64,000 nucleotides of DNA from Fidelibacterota bacterium (GTDB lineage Bacteria > Fidelibacterota > Fidelibacteria > Fidelibacterales > DSDE01). Within the stretch, counting starts at the first letter, position 1, and the number at the start of each line of letters is the position of its first letter. The translations under genes and the position numbers were made by a program. The stretch lies in assembly GCA_046735395.1 (NCBI GenBank), contig JBJKQR010000001.1:59398-123397 (forward strand). Direction: 5' to 3'. The notes under the pieces were generated by a model. It was not told the DNA's origin and did no database searches. It saw only the letters and a list, made by a program, of their open reading frames with translations. Below, in pieces: positions 57,186-64,000 of the stretch.

Positions 57186-60100
57186 ATGAAAAAAATCCTA
57201 ACAGGAATACTCGTGGCGATGGCCATGGTATTCACAACCCTCCAGGCTGCCACGGTGGAACTTGCGGAAGGTACGGACGTACTGTCTGCCGCCATTTCCG
57301 CGGCTGCTGACGGAGACGTTATCGTGCTGACCACCGATGGAGGCGTTTATGCGGAATCCGCTAAACTGTCTTCTATCACTCAGGGTATAAGCATTATAGC
57401 AGCTCCCGGCCTCACCAACAAACCCATTCTGCGGGTAACGACCGGTGGGGATTATGTTTTTAAACTCACTGCCACATCCGGGCTTTTTGCACTGGACGGT
57501 ATTGAAGTGGATGGAACAGCCGGTACCGGTTCAGCTGAAAATAAATATGTGCTGAGAGTGGATAACGGCGATTCGACCGATGCAACGCTGGATATTTCTG
57601 TCACAAACTGCAATCTCCATGATTTCAAGGACAGAATCATCAAAGTCTATCCTCTGGCCGGTGCAACCTCGGTTGTGGTGGATAACTGTATTTTTGCTGA
57701 CGGTGCCTCTGAAGGTGTCTGTCTCTATGACGGTTCTTCATCAACTGTCGGAAGCTTCATTCAATCAGCATCCATCACAAACTGCACCTTCCGGAATATC
57801 GCCCGTGAAGCTGTTCATTGTGAGCAGTATACAGGAACGCAGGTTGTCGTAGACCACTGCACCTTCGACAATATCGGAGTTGGTGGCCTTAAGAGCATGA
57901 TCCGCTTCCGGGATGCGGAACAGGTGGAAGTGAAGAACAGCATATTCACCGGGAATATGGGCGACGGCGACAAGTTCATTGACCTGGCTTCTGCTACAAG
58001 CAAGGTAACCAATATCTCTGTCTGGGACGTGGCCAATTTCGATATCGGCAATGCGACAGTTGGAGATACGACTCATATGGATCCCGGCTATGCCGATGCG
58101 GCGAATGCGGATTACAGCATTGCCACGGATTCACCCCTCATGACCTTCGGTGATGACGGCGGCCCCATCGGTGACATGCGCTGGATTACCATGCCGGAAG
58201 TGACCGTGATTCCGGTTGCGGCAGGAACTGATGTCCTCAGCGCTGCCATCAGTTCAGCTTCGGACGGAGATGTGATTGAACTTACGACAGACGGTGGTAT
58301 CTACAGCGAATCTGCGAAATTCAGCAGCATTACCAAGGCGGTTACCATCCGGGCAGCTGAGGGAATGATCAATAAACCCGTTCTCAGCGTGACCACGGGT
58401 GGTGATTATATCTTCAAACTCACTTTAAGCACCGGTCTTTTTGCTCTCCAGGGGATTGAAGTGGATGGTACGGCCGGTACCGGATCCGCTGAAAACAAAT
58501 ATTTGCTGAGAGTGGATAACGGCGACTCAACCGATGCCACAGTGAATATTTCCGTTGTGGATTGTAATATCCATGATTTCAAGGATCGGATCATCAAGGT
58601 TTATCCACTTGCCGGTGCGAAATCAATCGTGGTGGATAACTGTATCTTTTCCGATGGCGCTTCAGAAGGCGTCTGTCTTTATGACGGATCTTCCTCAACC
58701 GTTGGTAGCTTTATTCAGGCTGCCTCCATCACAAATTCGACATTCCGGAACATTGCCCGCGAAGCCGTTCACTGTGAACAGTACACAGGCACACAGGTAA
58801 TGGTTGACCGCTGTACCTTTGATAATATCGGAGTCGGTGGCCTCAAGAGCATGATCCGCTTCCGCGATGCGGAACAGGTCATGGTTAAAAACAGCATTTT
58901 TACCGGAAATCAGGGTGACGGCGACAAATTCATCGACCTGGCTTCTGTGAACAGCAAGGTGACCAATATCTCTGTCTGGGACGTGGCGAATTTCGATATC
59001 GGCAATGCTACCGTCGGAGATACGACACATGCGGATCCCGGCTATGCCAATGCTGCAACCGGTGATTACAGTCTGCCGGACGGATCAGCGCTGCTGACCT
59101 TTGCCGATGACGGCGGAGCTATCGGCGATCCCCGCTGGACACCCGGTGCACCGGCAGGCTTCCTGCTGAAAGTGAATGTTTCCGGACGCGGATCGGTGGC
59201 CATCGATCCGGATCTGCCTGCTTATGAAGCAGGTTCCTCCGTCACACTTACGGCTACACCCTATAACGAGCTTTGGCAGTTTGTAGGCTGGGACCCCATG
59301 ATTACCTTTCCGCCCAATAACCCGGTCGCTACGGTTCAGATGAATGACAATATGATCATCAATGCACTCTTTGAACCGGTTGCTGCGAAATATACCGTGA
59401 ATATTTCTTCTGTCGGACTCGGGCATGTGGATACACTGAAGGTTTCGGACTATGAAGTCCCCGGATTCTATGCCGGTGACAGTATCGTGTTTACGGCAGT
59501 TGCCGATACGGTAACCTGGGAATTCGCCTATTGGGCTGATGCAGCCGGTGACAGCTTTGCCGTTGCAAATCCGCTGTCATGGATTGCGGACAGTACCCGT
59601 GATTTCGTGGCGCATTTCCGCTCGAAACTTACACAGTTCGCGTTTGCCGACTCGGTGATCGGACGCGGTTCCTTTACCGTGTCACCGTCTCCGGTGCCCG
59701 GATTCAATACCTATGATATCGGAACCGTACTCACGCTGCAGGCCAAAGCCGCCGGCGGATGGCTGTTCGCCGGATGGCAGGGTGATCTGACCGGTACGGA
59801 TGATTCGGTGGAAGTCACACTGAATGCGGATATGGCTGTTACGGCTGAATTCACCGAAATCCCTGTCCCCGATGGTATTCTGGTCTGCGACGCAAGCTGG
59901 AATATGCTCGATATCATCGATTTCGCCAAATACAATACGCAGGTGAAAAAAGTCCTCCTCACGCAGGTCGGACCTTATGCGCCGACGGAAGACATGCGAA
60001 GCAATGGAAAGCTGCCGCAGCTTGACATTGATTTTCCGCTGATCATTGAAGGTTCCGATACCATTTCCAATGGCAAGGCAACCATCAAGGGTTGGGCTGA

Positions 60101-61718
60101 AGGCGGATCGGAAGGCCTGTTCCGTCTGCGTGCCGACGGCCGGCTGACTCTCAATAATGTACTTGTGGATGGAAATTTCTCCGCAACGGCCAAGACGAAA
60201 TACATCTTCCGTGCCGGCGGCGGGTCCGATGATCCCAAGGACTTCCATATTGCTCTGCTTGCAACGAATACGGACTTTACCGGAACTCTGGAATGCTTCT
60301 ATAAGAACTATGCCGGGGCAAATGTGGATTCAATGATCTTCCGGAACTGTACAGTCTCTGATATCGGCAAGGAAGGCATCTACGATCAGGCACTGGGTAC
60401 GGCAAAACGCATCGAAATCAGTAACTGTAGCTTCTGGGATGTGAATCGAGAAGTCTTCCGTCTGAAGATCTGGCAGCCCGAAGAAATGCTGGTTGACCAT
60501 GTCACAGTATATAACTGCGGACTGGAAAGCAATAAATACAGCGCCTTCAAGCTGGAACAGTCTGCAGCCGTCCGGATTCAGAACTGTATTATCTCTGATG
60601 TTCTGAATACAGGCTCGAATCCTCCTTACGCTGTGAGAATGTACGGACCCGATGCGTCCATCGACAATATCCTGCTGTCACCCAATTCAGCCGGAAAAAT
60701 CGATGACAATGCCGGTTCGGTGAATGGCCCGGATATCTTCTGGTATGATGTGATGTTCACTGACGCCGCCAACCATGATTTCACACTGAAGGATTCCTCC
60801 GTGGCCTATCATATGGCCAATGACGGAAGTGCTGCAGTGGGAGACCTGCGCTGGGCAACTTCTACGAACGTTGCTGATTACACAGCTCTCAATCTGAGCG
60901 TTGACGGACCGGGAACAGTTACACTCGATCCTCTGCCCATGGCTAAATTCTACAACCCCGGAACTTCCGTGTCTCTGACGGCTGTACCGGATACACTCAT
61001 GGAATTCAAGGAATGGGGCGGAGCTCTCTCCGGATCCGATCTGACCGCATCTCTGACCATGGACGCGGACAAGGCCGTTACGGCGACCTTCATTGAACCT
61101 GTATTTACGGCACAGTTCTGCGTGAATATGAGTATTCAGATCCGCGCGGGACTCTTTAATCCCGCCACGGATACGGTCGACTGCGCCGGTTCCTTCGGTG
61201 AAATGGGTGCAAAGAACATGGTCATGAACGATGACGATGCAGACAGTATCTATACCATGGAACTGAAGTTTGGGAAACATGCCGGAAACAGACAGGCAAA
61301 TTTCCTCTTCAGAATCAATGGCGTAGCCGAGACCCGCAAAGGAAACGGCGGCAAGGGTGCTAATGACCGTATCGTAGATGTGAACAGCGATACGAGCTTC
61401 GTTTATTTCTATGATGATATTGATGTCCTCACTGCCATCACGGATATGGTTCCCATGGCTTATGCCCTGAATCAGAACTATCCCAACCCCTTCAACCCCA
61501 TCACGACGATTCCCTTCGCTCTGAAGGATGCCGGACTCACCCGGCTTGTCGTCTATGATGTACTGGGAAGGGAAGTGGCGGTTCTGGTGAACAGGCAGAT
61601 GAGCGCCGGTTTCTACAGCGTGGATCTGCGGGCTGACAGACTTGCTTCCGGTGTGTATTTCTATAAACTCACATCCGGGAAATATGTCTCAGTCAAAAAA
61701 CTGATGGTCCTGAAATAA
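57186..61718 (+). CDS. 1510-aa secreted multi-beta-helix protein (DUF4957/DUF5123-like modules, InlB-B-like repeats) with T9SS type-A CTD
   Basis: Three beta-helix modules each ending GD.RW; G.G.V...Y..G..V.LTA...F..W repeats; CTD LNQNYPNPFNP...SGVYFY...KKLMVLK. Confidence 0.82.
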   Translation: MKKILTGILVAMAMVFTTLQAATVELAEGTDVLSAAISAAADGDVIVLTTDGGVYAESAKLSSITQGISIIAAPGLTNKPILRVTTGGDYVFKLTATSGLFALDGIEVDGTAGTGSAENKYVLRVDNGDSTDATLDISVTNCNLHDFKDRIIKVYPLAGATSVVVDNCIFADGASEGVCLYDGSSSTVGSFIQSASITNCTFRNIAREAVHCEQYTGTQVVVDHCTFDNIGVGGLKSMIRFRDAEQVEVKNSIFTGNMGDGDKFIDLASATSKVTNISVWDVANFDIGNATVGDTTHMDPGYADAANADYSIATDSPLMTFGDDGGPIGDMRWITMPEVTVIPVAAGTDVLSAAISSASDGDVIELTTDGGIYSESAKFSSITKAVTIRAAEGMINKPVLSVTTGGDYIFKLTLSTGLFALQGIEVDGTAGTGSAENKYLLRVDNGDSTDATVNISVVDCNIHDFKDRIIKVYPLAGAKSIVVDNCIFSDGASEGVCLYDGSSSTVGSFIQAASITNSTFRNIAREAVHCEQYTGTQVMVDRCTFDNIGVGGLKSMIRFRDAEQVMVKNSIFTGNQGDGDKFIDLASVNSKVTNISVWDVANFDIGNATVGDTTHADPGYANAATGDYSLPDGSALLTFADDGGAIGDPRWTPGAPAGFLLKVNVSGRGSVAIDPDLPAYEAGSSVTLTATPYNELWQFVGWDPMITFPPNNPVATVQMNDNMIINALFEPVAAKYTVNISSVGLGHVDTLKVSDYEVPGFYAGDSIVFTAVADTVTWEFAYWADAAGDSFAVANPLSWIADSTRDFVAHFRSKLTQFAFADSVIGRGSFTVSPSPVPGFNTYDIGTVLTLQAKAAGGWLFAGWQGDLTGTDDSVEVTLNADMAVTAEFTEIPVPDGILVCDASWNMLDIIDFAKYNTQVKKVLLTQVGPYAPTEDMRSNGKLPQLDIDFPLIIEGSDTISNGKATIKGWAEGGSEGLFRLRADGRLTLNNVLVDGNFSATAKTKYIFRAGGGSDDPKDFHIALLATNTDFTGTLECFYKNYAGANVDSMIFRNCTVSDIGKEGIYDQALGTAKRIEISNCSFWDVNREVFRLKIWQPEEMLVDHVTVYNCGLESNKYSAFKLEQSAAVRIQNCIISDVLNTGSNPPYAVRMYGPDASIDNILLSPNSAGKIDDNAGSVNGPDIFWYDVMFTDAANHDFTLKDSSVAYHMANDGSAAVGDLRWATSTNVADYTALNLSVDGPGTVTLDPLPMAKFYNPGTSVSLTAVPDTLMEFKEWGGALSGSDLTASLTMDADKAVTATFIEPVFTAQFCVNMSIQIRAGLFNPATDTVDCAGSFGEMGAKNMVMNDDDADSIYTMELKFGKHAGNRQANFLFRINGVAETRKGNGGKGANDRIVDVNSDTSFVYFYDDIDVLTAITDMVPMAYALNQNYPNPFNPITTIPFALKDAGLTRLVVYDVLGREVAVLVNRQMSAGFYSVDLRADRLASGVYFYKLTSGKYVSVKKLMVLK
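57255..59140 (+). repeat. intragenic tandem duplication, period 954 nt (318 aa)
   Basis: GAGAGTGGATAACGGCGA at 57554 and 58508; near-identical protein blocks such as FKDRIIKVYPLAGA and SEGVCLYDGSSSTVGSFIQ; boundaries approximate. Confidence 0.92.
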
Positions 61719-61756
61719 ACCGTGGTTTCTCTGTGTTAGACAGACTACATGGGTTA

Positions 61757-64000
61757 ATGAGAAAGCACAGGCTTCTGCCTGTGCTTTCTCTCCTTTTTCT
61801 CATTTCAACGGCTTTTGCACGTACGTTTCAGGTGAGTTCTGCATCCGCGATAACAACGGCCATGACGACGGCTCAGGCAGGCGATTCCCTTGTTATGAGC
61901 AAAGGATTGTGGATCGATCAGGCCATCACTTTCAGCGGCCAGGGCAGGGAGGATGCTCCCATTGTCCTCTGTCCGGAAAATCCGGGAGACGTGATTCTCA
62001 CCGGCCTGTCAACCCTTCGTATTTCCGGGTCATGGATTGTTGTCCGGGATCTGCTCTTCCGCGATGGCTATACGACCGGAACGGATGTGATTCAATTTCG
62101 GGACGGCAGCGGAAACCGCGCAAATCACTGCCGCATCACCGGCTGTGCCATTATTGATTACAATCCTCCGTCCGATGCTATCGGTTACAAATGGCTGTCG
62201 CTGTACGGCCAGTACAATCAGGTGGATCATTGCTATTTCTACGGGAAGAATCATTTGGGAACCACGCTGGTCGTCTGGCTTCCGGATGCCCTGAAAGACC
62301 GCAACAATCATCACCTCATCGAATACAATTATTTTGATTACCGCCCTCCGCTGGGCGTGAATGGCGGTGAAACGATCCGCATCGGAACCTCCGATTATTC
62401 CATGAGCGTTTCCGCGACGCTTGTTCAGTTCAATCTTTTCAATCGCTGTGACGGAGAAACGGAAATTATTTCCAATAAAAGCTGTGAAAACGAATACCGT
62501 CACAATACCTTTGTCAACTGTGAGGGCTGCCTGACGCTGCGGCACGGCAACCGCTGCATTGTTGACGGAAATTTCTTCTTCGGCGAATCCAATCAGGACG
62601 CCGGAGGTGTCCGCATTATCGGCGAAGACCATACGGTCACAAACAATTATTTTCAGGATTTATACGGAAGCGGCTATACCTCCGCTCTCTGTATCGTGAA
62701 GGGTGTGGAAAACTCACCCCTGAACCGTTATTTTCAGGTCAAAAACGCCACCGTGGCTTTCAATACATTCTATAACTGCAAGCTTCCCATGAACATCGGC
62801 TACGGATCTTCCGACGATCAGACCCTGGCGCCCATCGAAGGCAAGGTAGAGAATAATGCCTTTTACTGCCCGGGCTTCGATATCGTCTATGTGGAGGACG
62901 CCATGGGTGAGCCGCAGGATTTCATCTATAAGGGAAACATGTACAGCGGCCGGGCTGCAGGGGATGCGCCCGACAGTGGTTTTAGCGCCGTGAATCCCGG
63001 TTATTTATTTGCTGACGATGGCCTGTACCGGCCCGGTGCGGGATCTCCTCTGGTCGGCGCGGCTCTCGGAGATACGGCAATCTGTCATGCAGACATGGAC
63101 GGACAGTCCCGAACAGCGCTTCAGGATGTGGGCGCAGATCAGGTGAGCAGCCAGCCGGTGCTTTATCATCCCATGACGGCTGATGAGGTCGGACCCGACT
63201 GGGATTTCCCCGAAGTAGTTATACCCAAACCGGGAAGTGTTACTGTTTCCGCGGATCAGGATCTTGCACAGGCGGTCGCAGATGCCATGGTGGGCGATAC
63301 GCTGATTCTTGCCGACGCCGGGCAGGTTTACCGTATTACGGAGCCCATTTCGATTCAGAAACCGGTTCGGATTCAGTCTTCCGGATCCGGAGACCGGCCC
63401 CAAATTATTTTTGATAATCCTTCCAACATATCCCCGGCTATTTTTGTGATACAGCAGGGTGGACGGCTCTACCTGAAGGATATTGAGTTCGACGGCCGGG
63501 CATCCTCCGACAATCCGCTGAAATATCTGATCCGCACCGATACAGCGCCTTTTTCATCCCGTTATTCGCTGTTCATAGATCACTGCGATATTCATGATAT
63601 CGTCTATCAGGACGAGGGAATGGTGTTCAGGGCCTATGAAGGCACAGCTGCTGACAGTATTGTGATGAAAAACTGCCGCATCCGGAATATCGGCCGCTAT
63701 GTTCTGTCACTGAACGCCGAGGCGGAAAACAGCGGGTTCGTCAACGCGGATAAGGTCCTGCTGAATGACTGCAGCTTCAGCGATATTCGCAGGGAAGTTC
63801 TGCTCATGTACGGCGGTGATGCAAATCCCTATACGCTCGGAGGCGGCGCCGTCATTGATCACTGTACTTTTGTGCGCTGCGGCACAGAGGGAACGCCGAC
63901 AGTGAACGGCGACTATGTGGATATACTCACCGTACATAACAGTATTTTCTTTGAATGTTCACCCGAATCCGAATCCGTGCGGCTATTTTTCTGGAGTTCG
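61757..64000 (+). CDS. polysaccharide lyase family 6 (alginate lyase/chondroitinase B-like) with extra C-terminal beta-helix; runs off the window end
   Basis: Manual translation MRKHRLLPVLSLLFLISTAFA...; RPPLGVNGGETIRIG, CDGETEIISNKS, LTLRHG and GGVRIIG PL6 motifs; same frame at 62342 and 63962; absent from the ORF track because no stop codon lies in the window. Confidence 0.92.
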   Translation, partial: MRKHRLLPVLSLLFLISTAFARTFQVSSASAITTAMTTAQAGDSLVMSKGLWIDQAITFSGQGREDAPIVLCPENPGDVILTGLSTLRISGSWIVVRDLLFRDGYTTGTDVIQFRDGSGNRANHCRITGCAIIDYNPPSDAIGYKWLSLYGQYNQVDHCYFYGKNHLGTTLVVWLPDALKDRNNHHLIEYNYFDYRPPLGVNGGETIRIGTSDYSMSVSATLVQFNLFNRCDGETEIISNKSCENEYRHNTFVNCEGCLTLRHGNRCIVDGNFFFGESNQDAGGVRIIGEDHTVTNNYFQDLYGSGYTSALCIVKGVENSPLNRYFQVKNATVAFNTFYNCKLPMNIGYGSSDDQTLAPIEGKVENNAFYCPGFDIVYVEDAMGEPQDFIYKGNMYSGRAAGDAPDSGFSAVNPGYLFADDGLYRPGAGSPLVGAALGDTAICHADMDGQSRTALQDVGADQVSSQPVLYHPMTADEVGPDWDFPEVVIPKPGSVTVSADQDLAQAVADAMVGDTLILADAGQVYRITEPISIQKPVRIQSSGSGDRPQIIFDNPSNISPAIFVIQQGGRLYLKDIEFDGRASSDNPLKYLIRTDTAPFSSRYSLFIDHCDIHDIVYQDEGMVFRAYEGTAADSIVMKNCRIRNIGRYVLSLNAEAENSGFVNADKVLLNDCSFSDIRREVLLMYGGDANPYTLGGGAVIDHCTFVRCGTEGTPTVNGDYVDILTVHNSIFFECSPESESVRLFFWSS
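61759..61800 (+). terminator. perfect 14-bp terminator-like hairpin overlapping PL6 codons 1-15
   Basis: GAGAAAGCACAGGC-TTCT-GCCTGTGCTTTCTC followed by TCCTTTTTCT. Confidence 0.75.

Noticed and set aside
1..64000. CRISPR array, rRNA, IS elements, prophage
   Set aside because: No regularly spaced repeats, rRNA-like sequence, transposase or phage genes were seen.

Overview
Bacterial chromosomal segment, mostly housekeeping in its first 47 kb and a polysaccharide-utilisation-like locus in its last 16 kb. The organism is probably a flagellated FCB-superphylum member outside Bacteroidota (Marinimicrobia/Calditrichota/KSB1-like). This is inferred from T9SS-type C-terminal domains and a PorV-like barrel occurring together with strong GGAGG ribosome-binding sites, a chemoreceptor and a sigma28-type promoter. 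The window holds 4 tRNAs (Met-CAT, Leu-CAA, Leu-CAG, Pro-GGG), about 43 CDS and many intrinsic terminators. No CRISPR, integrase, transposase or rRNA was seen. Main highlights: (1) a SusD-less alginate/glycosaminoglycan-type locus (TonB receptor, non-canonical-CTD surface protein, PorV-like and FadL-like barrels, two T9SS beta-helix proteins, and a PL6 lyase missed by the ORF track whose first codons form a perfect terminator-like hairpin); (2) a satellite microcompartment shell-gene pair directly behind HU, one with a Rho-N-like helical tail; (3) adjacent Csd6/Pgp2-like and Csd4/Pgp1-like cell-shape peptidases translationally coupled to queDEC; (4) an orphan gene behind a sigma28-type leaderless promoter; (5) a minimal arsR-arsM cassette after tRNA-Pro. 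All family assignments come from motif recognition by eye, not database searches.
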